Source: Promethearchaeota archaeon
Lineage (GTDB): Archaea > Asgardarchaeota > Lokiarchaeia > Sigyniarchaeales > SOKP01
Assembly: GCA_019058245.1 (NCBI GenBank)
Contig: JAHPZJ010000013.1
Coordinates: 41,166-105,165, forward strand
Length of the DNA stretch: 64,000 bases
Reading direction: 5' to 3'
The notes below the pieces were generated by a model that was given only the letters and a program-made list of their open reading frames with translations, was not told the DNA's origin and made no database searches. The position numbers and the translations under genes are program-made. This document shows positions 49,343 through 59,233 of this stretch, piece after piece. Numbering within the stretch: position 1 is the first letter of the stretch; the number at the start of each line of letters is the position of its first letter.

Positions 49343-50644
49343 TTAATGCGTGGCACATGAAATACAAGGATCAAATGCTCTAATTATCATCTGTACTTCT
49401 TTTTCTACTAATTTAATATCACCAGTTTTATCAAATAGTTCTTGAGCATATTTAGTTATCATTTGATTAAGAAGTGGAATATTAAACTCCGTAGCAATGA
49501 ATAGTTTTATTTCATCAATAATGTTGTTTTTATTTATGTGATAATTATGTATTAAAGTTCCTCTTGGTGCTTCAATAACACCAATACCCTCATTCTTTTT
49601 AATAGATTTAAAAGAAGGAAGATACTTTCTAACATTTAATGAAGGTTCTCCCAATATCTGTATACATTTATATGATTCAATATATATTTCCAGTAATCGT
49701 AAAAAATTAATGAATAGTAAATTATTTGTCCATGATTTATTAAAATATTCAAGATATGTATTAATTTTATCAAAATCATACTTTTCAATAATTTTATAAC
49801 GTGAAAAAGGTCCAACTATTACATTTTTTTTATTTTCAAAAAAGAAATCAATACCTCTTAAATTTATCTCTTTATTAAAATATCTTGTATAGTTTTGAGC
49901 TTCAAATTCTATTAGATTTTTGTCTTCTTTAAGGCTTAAAGAACCAGAATATCGATCATAAATACCATGATTATTTTTCGCTAAACAAATAGTATTTGGT
50001 AAATTAAAATCTTCTGGAGGGATTTGATTACCAAATAATTTAATGAAATCTTCTATAATCCATTCTACAATCGTTAAGGCTTTTTGAAGATATTTTTGAG
50101 ATAATAAAATTAATTTTCCAGAAGGAGAATAAATAACACCTCCGGGAACAATTGAAATCAAGTGAACAGACCTACCACCAAAAATCTCATTGATTTCATT
50201 TCCAAATTTAATTAGATCGTATAAATTTGATGTTAATTGAGGATTAAATTTGATTAATTCATAGGGAGATAAAGTATTTTTACTAATATTAAAAATTTTT
50301 AAAAGATCTGGCAAAGTTTGAAAGAAAAAGTTCATTGAATGGGATTTTATTAATTCTGCTGTCATTAATAGGCGTCTTAAATAAATACTTTGTTCTGAAA
50401 TTTCTATATTGTAAATATCTTCTAAAGTTTTACAACTTGCAATTGCTTGAGAAGCATAACATAAACCACATATTCGAGATACAAATTTAGGAATATCAAG
50501 TAGCCTTTTACCTATTAGGAATTTTTCAAATCCCCTATATACGTTAAATTCAAAATTTGCTAATGAAACTTCATCATTTTGAAGCATAATTTTAACTTCT
50601 CCATGTCCTTCAACACGTGTACATACATTAACAATTTTTTGCAA
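49343..50644 (-). CDS. mvhA: [NiFe]-hydrogenase large subunit (group 3-like) with no C-terminal extension
   Basis: TRVEGHG, RGFEKF, SRICGLCYASQ, EAPRGTLIH; ends RAFDPCISCATH-stop. Confidence 0.9.
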   Translation of the reverse strand: MQKIVNVCTRVEGHGEVKIMLQNDEVSLANFEFNVYRGFEKFLIGKRLLDIPKFVSRICGLCYASQAIASCKTLEDIYNIEISEQSIYLRRLLMTAELIKSHSMNFFFQTLPDLLKIFNISKNTLSPYELIKFNPQLTSNLYDLIKFGNEINEIFGGRSVHLISIVPGGVIYSPSGKLILLSQKYLQKALTIVEWIIEDFIKLFGNQIPPEDFNLPNTICLAKNNHGIYDRYSGSLSLKEDKNLIEFEAQNYTRYFNKEINLRGIDFFFENKKNVIVGPFSRYKIIEKYDFDKINTYLEYFNKSWTNNLLFINFLRLLEIYIESYKCIQILGEPSLNVRKYLPSFKSIKKNEGIGVIEAPRGTLIHNYHINKNNIIDEIKLFIATEFNIPLLNQMITKYAQELFDKTGDIKLVEKEVQMIIRAFDPCISCATH

Positions 50645-50649
50645 TAATA

Positions 50650-51408
50650 TTACCTATTAATCTTTGGTTTTGAAAATCGATTATAAATTCCAGTATATTT
50701 TTGCAATTCTTGAGAAAGTTCTATTAAACTCAAAAAATTTACAACATTAGATGTAAAATCTTTTGATACAGGCCCCATGCATCCTTCGCATGGAAGTCCC
50801 ATTTTTATACATTTATGCTCACAACCATCACGAGTTATTGGTCCCAAACATAAAATACCATTATTTAAAAAACATTCAGAGTTTTCTTCACCTAATCTAA
50901 TTTCTTCGGGATTAGGATTAATTTTAGTTATTTTTATATGGGAATTAATTTCTATACTTCCTCTTAATGGACAATTTGCACACATATTTTTTTCGGATAA
51001 AATTATATCTTTATTTCCAACCAAATTGATTAAACAATTTCCAAAAAATTTAGATGGAGGAGGACAACCAGGAATCATACCATCAATTTCAATATGATTA
51101 GATAAAGGCTCTGCTTTCTTTGAATTAGAAAGGCTTAAAATTCCACCAAAGCAAGCACATGTTCCTAATGCAAAAACTCTTTTAGCACGTTTTCTTATTT
51201 TTCTAATAAGATTTATTTGTGTTTCTTCAGAAATACATCCTTCTACTAATGCAATTTCGCATTCTTCTATATCATCTGAATCTAAAATAAATAGAAAATA
51301 GTTTATTTTTATTCTTTCAAGAAATTGGGGGAAAATATCTAAAGATATAAGAGTCGATATACATCCAGTACATGATGTAAGAGAAATTATATTGAATCTA
51401 GGCTTCAT
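50650..51408 (-). CDS. mvhG: [NiFe]-hydrogenase small subunit
   Basis: SCTGC, VEG, GTCACFGG, PGCPP, CANC, CFL..CLGPITRDGC..C..PCEGCMGP. Start moved to ATG 51408, overlapping the upstream stop. Confidence 0.9.
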   Translation of the reverse strand: MKPRFNIISLTSCTGCISTLISLDIFPQFLERIKINYFLFILDSDDIEECEIALVEGCISEETQINLIRKIRKRAKRVFALGTCACFGGILSLSNSKKAEPLSNHIEIDGMIPGCPPPSKFFGNCLINLVGNKDIILSEKNMCANCPLRGSIEINSHIKITKINPNPEEIRLGEENSECFLNNGILCLGPITRDGCEHKCIKMGLPCEGCMGPVSKDFTSNVVNFLSLIELSQELQKYTGIYNRFSKPKINR

Positions 51409-53947
51409 ACTTAATCTCCTCCAATAGGTTATTATACAATTTATTAGCAGTATCAGCAAATTTATTTCCTTCAACAGCATTCAAATGTTTAAGGATTATT
51501 CGATCTTTATATTTTGGATCTATTACATTTTTTAATAGTCTGATTTTGTTTTCTATCTTTTTTACTCCATCTATATATCGACAAGCATCTTGTCTACATC
51601 CAACTATCATAACTCCATCGAAACCAAGTTCAAATGATTTAATAATAAAGTTTGTATCAATACGTCCTGTACAAGGAACTCTTACAATGAAAACATTAGG
51701 AGTATATGAAATCTTTTTTAGTCCAGCATTATCAGCTGCAGCATATCCACATGATGCACAACAGAAGGCAATGATTTTTGGATTTGATCTGAATTTTGAG
51801 AAAATCTTAATTGTCCTTAAAATTTTCTTAGAAGTATCTATATTTAGGTCTATAGCATTAGTAGGACAAATACTAGCACAAGTGCCACCCCCTTTACATT
51901 TGAATTTATCTATACTAATTTTATCCCTCTCTATTGTAATTGCATTATATGGACAAATTTTTAAACATAAACCACATAAACCACATTTATTTTCATCTAT
52001 TTCAATTCCAGTAAATTCTGCTATTAAATAATCCTTAGAAAGTAATGAAATGACTTTTAAAGCAACATTATTAGCTGTTGAAATAGTAGAATTATAATTT
52101 AAAGGACCGAAAATAGTTCCAACACCATAAATTCCGGATGCTAATGTGTCTACACTCATAAATCCGTTATTATCTAATGTAAAATCCATATATTGTCTAA
52201 GATTTTTTAAATCCTCATTTGGGATATATTTTATATTTAATACTATCAAATCGCTTTGAAATTCTATATTATCCGCAATAACATAATTTATATCTTTAGA
52301 AGATTTAATGCTAATTTTATTTGCATAAATAAATTTAGGGTTTGTAGATCTTAACAAAATCTCATCCTTATCCTTTAACCTACTTAAATCATAAAAAACA
52401 TTTACTTCACAATGAGGATTTCTTATTTTAACATCCTCAATATATTTTTCTGCTAAAATTTCAGAAAAATCTGATAGATATTTTGAAGGACCAACTTCTT
52501 GAATTATTGAAATGGAAATTATGGGCTTTTTATCTGATATCTTTACAAGTTTCCCATCAGTTAGGCCATCAGACGATAAAAGACGCTCAAATTCAGGTGA
52601 TGTTATTATATTTTTTTTTGGATTATAATTATATTCTTCTAAATCTTTATAAAAATCAGATCCAATAGCAATAACTTTAGTACCAACTTTTATTTCAATT
52701 CTTTCTTCTTTTTGATCCAAATCTATTGCTTTATTTATGCAAGCACGTTCACAAATCCTACAATTAAGACAATTCTTTAAATCTTCCTCATCTATCAAAG
52801 GAGCATAAGGATAAGAATGTATGAATGGAATATAAATTAATTTTCGATTACTTAAACCAAATTCATATTGATTTGGTTTTTCTATACTACAAACAGAAAT
52901 ACATTGTTTACATCCTGTACATTTTTTTACATCAACATATCTAGGTTTTTTAATCATATTAATTGTGAAATTTCCAACTTCTCCTGTTACGTTTTCGATT
53001 TCTGTATTTGTGAATATTTTTATATTTTTTTCATTAACTAACTCTGCTATTAATTCAGAAATAAAACATATTGAACAATCACCCATATTATGAATTCTGT
53101 GCCATCTAGCTACCTTACCTCCTAAGGTTGGTGATTTTTCAATAAGATATACTTTTATTCCTGCTCGTGCTAAATTTAAAGATAAAGTTATACCAGCAAT
53201 TCCTCCACCTAAAACAGCACAACTTTTCTCAATTTCAACTCTCTTTACTTTTATTTTTTTTTGAAAACTTACACGTTCAACAGCTGCCTCAATTAATAAC
53301 TTCCCTTTTTCTAGAGGAAGTGATAGATTGTTTTGTTCATCATTTGGTTGATGTACCCAACAACATTGTTCTCTAATATTAGCAATTTCAATATTAGTAT
53401 GATCAATAATATCTTCAAAAATTCTTTCAAAAAGATTTTGGTGAGTTTTAGGAGAACAAGCAGCTATAACTATTTTATTTATAAAATTATCTTTTACCCA
53501 ATTACGAATTTTCTCAAAGTTTTTTTGCTGACAAAGGTTTTCAAATACTTTTACCGAAACTACTTTTTTTAATTTATTTACGTAATTTTCAAGTGCTTTT
53601 ATATTAATTACATTTGAAATTTCTGTATTACAATTACAAATAATTACTCCAACACGACTTATTTCGCTTCTCTTTGAATCAAAATACTCGTCAATAAATT
53701 CTCCTGCTAAAATTCTCTTATTAAGATTAATAATTTTTAAAACACGTTTACCATCTTCTGTGAGAAAATATGCTTTATTGTCCTTACCTATTAATGAACC
53801 AATCTTTTTAAGGTGAAAATTTAATTGTCCAGTCGTATCTAAATTGAGTTTTTCCATTAATTCGGTATATGGAATATATCCTTCTTTTTCTAAAAGAAAT
53901 AAAATCTTTCGTCTAAACGGATGAGATAATATTGAATATATATCCAT
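51398..53947 (-). CDS. ArsR-like wHTH fused to a divergent HdrA and MvhD
   Basis: aa ~1-80 LSHPFRRKILFLL..YTELM..TGQLNFHLKKI..YFLTEDG; HdrA GVIICNC..AACSP..NIREQCCWVH, VLGGGIAG, ferredoxin motifs; MvhD FCCASCGYAAAD..VPCTGRID..GCRQDACRY. Confidence 0.9.
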   Translation of the reverse strand: MDIYSILSHPFRRKILFLLEKEGYIPYTELMEKLNLDTTGQLNFHLKKIGSLIGKDNKAYFLTEDGKRVLKIINLNKRILAGEFIDEYFDSKRSEISRVGVIICNCNTEISNVINIKALENYVNKLKKVVSVKVFENLCQQKNFEKIRNWVKDNFINKIVIAACSPKTHQNLFERIFEDIIDHTNIEIANIREQCCWVHQPNDEQNNLSLPLEKGKLLIEAAVERVSFQKKIKVKRVEIEKSCAVLGGGIAGITLSLNLARAGIKVYLIEKSPTLGGKVARWHRIHNMGDCSICFISELIAELVNEKNIKIFTNTEIENVTGEVGNFTINMIKKPRYVDVKKCTGCKQCISVCSIEKPNQYEFGLSNRKLIYIPFIHSYPYAPLIDEEDLKNCLNCRICERACINKAIDLDQKEERIEIKVGTKVIAIGSDFYKDLEEYNYNPKKNIITSPEFERLLSSDGLTDGKLVKISDKKPIISISIIQEVGPSKYLSDFSEILAEKYIEDVKIRNPHCEVNVFYDLSRLKDKDEILLRSTNPKFIYANKISIKSSKDINYVIADNIEFQSDLIVLNIKYIPNEDLKNLRQYMDFTLDNNGFMSVDTLASGIYGVGTIFGPLNYNSTISTANNVALKVISLLSKDYLIAEFTGIEIDENKCGLCGLCLKICPYNAITIERDKISIDKFKCKGGGTCASICPTNAIDLNIDTSKKILRTIKIFSKFRSNPKIIAFCCASCGYAAADNAGLKKISYTPNVFIVRVPCTGRIDTNFIIKSFELGFDGVMIVGCRQDACRYIDGVKKIENKIRLLKNVIDPKYKDRIILKHLNAVEGNKFADTANKLYNNLLEEIKYEA

Positions 53948-54033
53948 TTTATTAATTCACCTTTTTTTCTGATATAAGAGACCTATTTTAATATTTCCTT
54001 TTATGATAATTTTAATAATTTTTTTTTTCCCTA

Positions 54034-54056
54034 TGATTAATATTATTGTCAGATTA
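54034..54056. promoter_or_regulatory. Candidate operator TGACAA-N6-TTGTCA, copy 1
   Basis: TGATTA-ATATTA-TTGTCA-GATTA, 87 nt upstream of the wHTH-hdrA start; the 16-mer tattattgtcagatta is identical to 61542-61557. Confidence 0.55.
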
Positions 54057-54453
54057 TTTAAATATGATCTATTTGGTCTATCTGATTATCAATATTGATA
54101 GAGTAATATGTACCAATACTCTATATTATATTATGTGAATGCTAAATATGGTTTCGGAAAAGGATCAAATAGAGATCAGATCAATAAAAATAGTAAATAA
54201 ATAATAAACAAATTTGTCAAAATAATTATAACTTTTTAATTAAAATTCCTTGAATTGTTATTCTCTGGTTGGATAATAGGAACATATTCTTAGAAAAAAT
54301 TATAATTACTTTTATGTAAATCTTCTTAATAAATTAGTATTCAAAATTTCAATAACAAAATGTGGTGATTTCTTTAAAATATTAAGAATAATTTCCTTGA
54401 ATTATAGATATGATACCCATAATAAATTTTGATTAAGATTTCTTAATCTAAAT

Positions 54454-55569
54454 TTAATTCTTAGTTTTTAAGGAAATTAATTTTTTAAACCACTCTAATT
54501 TTTGGTTCTTCCACTGAATAGTCTTGTCAAATGGAACAATAAATTGTTCGATTATATCTTTTGAAAACATGCTATTTATTACTTTTTCACCACGTTCACT
54601 CCGAATTAATATCATAGAATATCCTTCTGGAGCACCAGATGCCCCAACGCTGATATCTGTAAATCGCCCTGTGAATTCATCACACTCAAGGCAATTACTT
54701 CTGACAGCGGGATTTAGAGTTTTTATGTCAATTTCATATTGTTTTTTGTCTTTGGTTTGGAGAAAAAAATTCTTTTTTATCCATGTTTTTTTGATATTGG
54801 TTGGATCAACATTAGTTTCTCTTTCTATAATATCATATAATTGAGAATGATTAAAATTTTCAAAGCAGAAAAGACCAATATTATATTTAATTATGTGAGC
54901 AGGTTTAACATCTAGGAATTTCATTTTACTTATAGCCCTACATTGGCAGGGAGTACCGATAAATGCTATTCTAAGCTGGTCAGTATTAAATATCTCCTTT
55001 TTCTTAAGAATTTCCTGTGGTAATTTATTTATATTTTTTAATGGAAATATTTGAGGAGAAATGGAATATCGTGTACCTGCTGATTTAAATAAATCTTCTT
55101 TATTAAATATAATTTTTGGAATAGGTTCAAAATTATCATTGAACTCTGAAACAATAGCGGCATCAATTTTATGCTTCTCAAAAAGATAAATAAGAATTGC
55201 TGATACTATTCCTCCGTTTTGTCCAATTTCTTTTAATGTTGAATTTGTTGTTTTAGCAGCCAGGATTTTTCTAATATGTCCTATTTTATCGTGAACATAA
55301 TAATTATTATTTAATTCCTTCATTAATGTTTTAGTTTGAGGACATATATAATAACAAATACCACATTTATTGCAATTATCAATACTCTTTTTAGATTTAA
55401 ACCTAGGCGTATTATCAATCATCTCGATAACATCAAAACCTTGACTTTCGCAATAAGCTATACATGCTCCGCATGCACAACATTTTTCATTTTGAATTAT
55501 TTCATTTTCAAGATCCTCAAAAGTGGGTATATTACTTCTTATTACTTTTTGAAATTCTGATTCAGTCAT
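54454..55569 (-). CDS. FrhB/FpoF family F420-binding subunit with N-terminal ferredoxin
   Basis: CCACGACIAYC, CNKCGICYYICP, GQNGGIVS, AGTRY, GTPCQ, IGLFCFENF, CLEC..DISVG. Confidence 0.9.
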   Translation of the reverse strand: MTESEFQKVIRSNIPTFEDLENEIIQNEKCCACGACIAYCESQGFDVIEMIDNTPRFKSKKSIDNCNKCGICYYICPQTKTLMKELNNNYYVHDKIGHIRKILAAKTTNSTLKEIGQNGGIVSAILIYLFEKHKIDAAIVSEFNDNFEPIPKIIFNKEDLFKSAGTRYSISPQIFPLKNINKLPQEILKKKEIFNTDQLRIAFIGTPCQCRAISKMKFLDVKPAHIIKYNIGLFCFENFNHSQLYDIIERETNVDPTNIKKTWIKKNFFLQTKDKKQYEIDIKTLNPAVRSNCLECDEFTGRFTDISVGASGAPEGYSMILIRSERGEKVINSMFSKDIIEQFIVPFDKTIQWKNQKLEWFKKLISLKTKN

Positions 55570-55584
55570 TTTTTTTTCCTCTTT

Positions 55585-56064
55585 TTAATTTTTTTTGATA
55601 TTATAATCTAATTCAATTATTCCAGATTTTTTTGGAATTTTCAATTCTCCTAAATCAATAATTTTATTTGTAAAATCTGTAATTAGCTCAGAAAATTGTT
55701 TTCCTTCACTTGCTGAAATAGAGTATAGTTCAAATCGTTCTTCCTCAATTCCAATATATTTAATTAACTTTTTTAAATGCTCCATTCTATTTTGTGTATA
55801 CTTGAATCCTTTTATATAATGACAGTCACCCATATGACAGCCAATAACTAACACTCCATCTATTCCATTATTAAATGCCCTTAAAACAAACGTGGGCTCA
55901 ACTCTACTAGAACACATAACTCTAATAATCCTAATATTTGGCGGATATTGGAATCTCGAAACCCCCGCTAAGTCAGCTCCCGCATAACTACACCAATTAC
56001 AACAAAATACTAGAATATTAGGTTCATATTCATATTGACTTGCTTTTTTAGTTTTCAACAACAT
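55585..56064 (-). CDS. mvhD: MvhD/FlpD [2Fe-2S] subunit
   Basis: [28 protein letters not shown]. Start moved to ATG 56064 after AGGAGG. Confidence 0.93.
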   Translation of the reverse strand: MLLKTKKASQYEYEPNILVFCCNWCSYAGADLAGVSRFQYPPNIRIIRVMCSSRVEPTFVLRAFNNGIDGVLVIGCHMGDCHYIKGFKYTQNRMEHLKKLIKYIGIEEERFELYSISASEGKQFSELITDFTNKIIDLGELKIPKKSGIIELDYNIKKN

Positions 56065-59000
56065 AATTCCTCCTAAATTTAATAGATTCATATTCTAATA
56101 GATCTATATTGGACATTAAATCAATCATTTTATTAATTTGGAACTTACTAAAATGATTCTGATCAATAGCTCCAACGGAACATTCTGTAACACATGATCC
56201 ACATCCTTTACAAAGTGCTTTAATTATATGCGCTTTTCTTAACTTCATGCTATATAGACCCATTTGTTTATTACTCTCAATTATTTCTATTGCATTGTAT
56301 GGGCAAACTTCAATACATTTACCACATCCAATGCATTTTTCTTCATTTATATGAGAAGTAATGCATTCTGTTTCTATTTCACCTTTCACCATTATTATTG
56401 CGGCTCTCCCTGCTGCGCCATATGCTTGGATGATACTCTCTTGAATCCATTTGGGCCAATGAGCACCACCACAAAGAAAGATTCCTTCTGTAGCAAAATC
56501 TATTGGCCTGAGTTTCGCATCAGCTTCTAAGAAAAATCCATCTTTATTTGTTGTTACTTTTAACATTTTTGATAATCTTTTAGTATCTTTAGTAGGAACG
56601 TTAGGAGTTGCTAATATTAATAAATCGGTATCGTACTCAATATCCGTTTGAGCACTTATATTTTTATACTTAATATGAAAGTGATTATTTATACTATTAA
56701 TTTTGATATCATCAATCGATTGATATCTTTCATAAGTAGCTTTATTTCGAAGCCCTCGACATAGATTTTCTGCATTTAAATCTGAAAATTGAAGTTCTCT
56801 ATATAAAATATGAATTTGCGCATCAGGATTAATTTTCAATAATTTTTCTATATTTTTTAAGGCTACTCCACAACATATATTTGAGCAATATGTTTTTGTA
56901 TAACTTGCGTTATTATATTTATCTTTTCTTTGATCTACGCATAATATTATAGTGGCATCTTTAAACTTAGGAACTTCCTCATCTTTCATTCCAGTCAGTT
57001 CTGTTTGAGTAAATACACGATTGGGATGCTTTTCTGCTAAATCTTTCCATTTGATTGTTTTAATCTGCTTAGTTCCTGTAGCAATTATTATAGTGCCAAC
57101 CTTTATTATTTGTTCTTCAGAATTGTCTTTTGTATTTTTAACTTTTACATGATAATTTCCCACATAACCTTGAACATCAATAATTTCTGTGTTAAATAAA
57201 ATTTTGACATTTGAATTATTTTTTAAATCATCAATTTGCTGCAAAATTTCATTTTTAGTAATAGCTATATAATATAGATCAACAAATTCTAGTGCACTAC
57301 CACCAAGAGTAGCTTTATTGTCGATAAGATACACTTTGAATCCTTGATTTGCTAAATTATGAGCAGCAGTTATACCTGATAGTCCAGCACCGATTACCAT
57401 TGTTGATTTTTCAACTTTGACTTTAATAGTTTCTAATGGTTTTAAATTAATTACTTTGGCTAAATACATTCTAATTAAATCACAAGCCTTTCTAGTAGCC
57501 TTTTCAGGTTCCTTCATATGTACCCAAGAAGCTTGATTTCTTATATTAACTAATTCAAATAAATATGGGTTCAATCCAACCTCTCTGAGAGTATTTTTAA
57601 AAAGTTGTTCATGTGTTCGAGGAGTACAAGATGCAACAATGAATCTATTGAGTTTATGTTTCAAAATTAATTTTTTAATTAGTTCTTGGGAATCAGAACT
57701 ACATGAATACATATTTTCTTCAACATGGACTACATATGGTAATTTAGAGACATACTCTACTACTTTAGGAACATCGACAATACCTCCGATATTTATCCCA
57801 CATTGGCAGACTAATACACCTACGCGAGGCTCATCTTCTAAACTTACTGGTATTTCAGGAGGATACTTAACTTTCTGTATATTTTTAAATCTTAGAGAAT
57901 AAAATTTTTCACTTATTTTAGCGGCGCAAGCAGAACCTTCTGCAACAGCCATTTGAATATCATTAGGTTTACGTGAATTACCAGTTACAAATACATTCTT
58001 TTTCTCAAGTAACTTTATATCTTCTTCACGAATATATCCTAAATGATTCTTATCTAAATTGAGTTGTTTTAAAAATTCATAATAAGATGGAGCTGGAGAC
58101 AAGGCACTAGCTAATACAGCCATGTCAACTTCAAAATTGTCAACTGTACCTCTATTAATATCTTCATAATATAATCTTAATTTTCCATTATCTAAATTTT
58201 CTTTAATATATGAAACGTGACCATTTATATATTTAACATCATATTCATCTTTACTCTTTTCAATAAATTCATTAAAATTTTTACCTTTTGCTCTTATTTC
58301 TGTATTAAAAATATAACATTCTATATTTGGATCATGTTCCTTACATACAATTGCTTCTTTAGCTGAATTCATACAACATATCGCTGAACAATATTTTTTA
58401 CATTCAGGATGATGAAAATCTCGAGATCCTACACATTGAATAAATGCGATTGAATCAGGGTGCTTTTTATCATCTAATCTTAATATTTGCCCTACAGTAG
58501 GTCCATTTGCGGATAATAGACGTTCAAATTGCATATTAGACAAAACATTGGGAGATTCCCCTGCAAAATTTTTGTATACTTCTGGCATTTGCTGACTTGT
58601 TCCTGTAGCAATAACAATGGCTCCTACATTTAGAGTTATTTCTTCTGGTTTTTGAAAAAAATCTATAGCATCCGCGCTACAAACTTTGGCACAAAGTCCA
58701 CATATTTGATGATTTAGATATAAACATCTTGATTCATCAATAAGATATACTGGAGGTACTGATGATGGAAAAGGAATATATACAGCAGCTCGGGTTTTTA
58801 AATTGGTATCAAAATCACTAGGGATTCCTCTAACTGGACAAATATTTTCACAATCACCACATCCCTTACAAATATTTTCGTTTATATATCTTGGTTTTTT
58901 AATAACCGTAATTTTATAATCTCCAGCAGTTCCATCGATTTTTTTAACGTATGAATAAGTTAACAATTCGATATTCGGATCTCTATACACATCAACCATT

Positions 59001-59191
59001 TTTGGTGCTAGGATACATAAACTACAATCAAGCGTAGGGTATATTTTATCTAATTGTGCCATCGTTCCGCCAATAGTTGGTTTAATTTCAACTAAATATA
59101 CCTTAAATCCTAATTTTGTTAAATCTAGGGATGCTTGTATACCAGAAATTCCTCCTCCTATAACCAAAACATCACTCTGGAAATTTGACAT
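56048..59191 (-). CDS. hdrA: HdrA family, long form with two FAD domains
   Basis: VIGGGISG, QLDKIYPTLDCSLC, CVGSR..CSAICC, CQCG..SCTPRTHE, second VIGAGLSG, C-terminal ferredoxin. Confidence 0.95.
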   Translation of the reverse strand: MSNFQSDVLVIGGGISGIQASLDLTKLGFKVYLVEIKPTIGGTMAQLDKIYPTLDCSLCILAPKMVDVYRDPNIELLTYSYVKKIDGTAGDYKITVIKKPRYINENICKGCGDCENICPVRGIPSDFDTNLKTRAAVYIPFPSSVPPVYLIDESRCLYLNHQICGLCAKVCSADAIDFFQKPEEITLNVGAIVIATGTSQQMPEVYKNFAGESPNVLSNMQFERLLSANGPTVGQILRLDDKKHPDSIAFIQCVGSRDFHHPECKKYCSAICCMNSAKEAIVCKEHDPNIECYIFNTEIRAKGKNFNEFIEKSKDEYDVKYINGHVSYIKENLDNGKLRLYYEDINRGTVDNFEVDMAVLASALSPAPSYYEFLKQLNLDKNHLGYIREEDIKLLEKKNVFVTGNSRKPNDIQMAVAEGSACAAKISEKFYSLRFKNIQKVKYPPEIPVSLEDEPRVGVLVCQCGINIGGIVDVPKVVEYVSKLPYVVHVEENMYSCSSDSQELIKKLILKHKLNRFIVASCTPRTHEQLFKNTLREVGLNPYLFELVNIRNQASWVHMKEPEKATRKACDLIRMYLAKVINLKPLETIKVKVEKSTMVIGAGLSGITAAHNLANQGFKVYLIDNKATLGGSALEFVDLYYIAITKNEILQQIDDLKNNSNVKILFNTEIIDVQGYVGNYHVKVKNTKDNSEEQIIKVGTIIIATGTKQIKTIKWKDLAEKHPNRVFTQTELTGMKDEEVPKFKDATIILCVDQRKDKYNNASYTKTYCSNICCGVALKNIEKLLKINPDAQIHILYRELQFSDLNAENLCRGLRNKATYERYQSIDDIKINSINNHFHIKYKNISAQTDIEYDTDLLILATPNVPTKDTKRLSKMLKVTTNKDGFFLEADAKLRPIDFATEGIFLCGGAHWPKWIQESIIQAYGAAGRAAIIMVKGEIETECITSHINEEKCIGCGKCIEVCPYNAIEIIESNKQMGLYSMKLRKAHIIKALCKGCGSCVTECSVGAIDQNHFSKFQINKMIDLMSNIDLLEYESIKFRRNYVVEN

Positions 59192-59233
59192 ATAAAATAG
59201 TTTTTAAAAATTTTTTTTTAATTTTATTTTAAC

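Noticed and set aside
50650-56091. Long N-terminal extensions in the track's mvhG (to 51480) and mvhD (to 56091)
   Set aside because: They overlap upstream genes; downstream ATGs (51408, 56064) match family N-termini and RBS or overlap patterns.
1422-59191. Selenocysteine in HdrA, MvhD or the hydrogenase
   Set aside because: All relevant motifs use TGT/TGC and the frames are uninterrupted.
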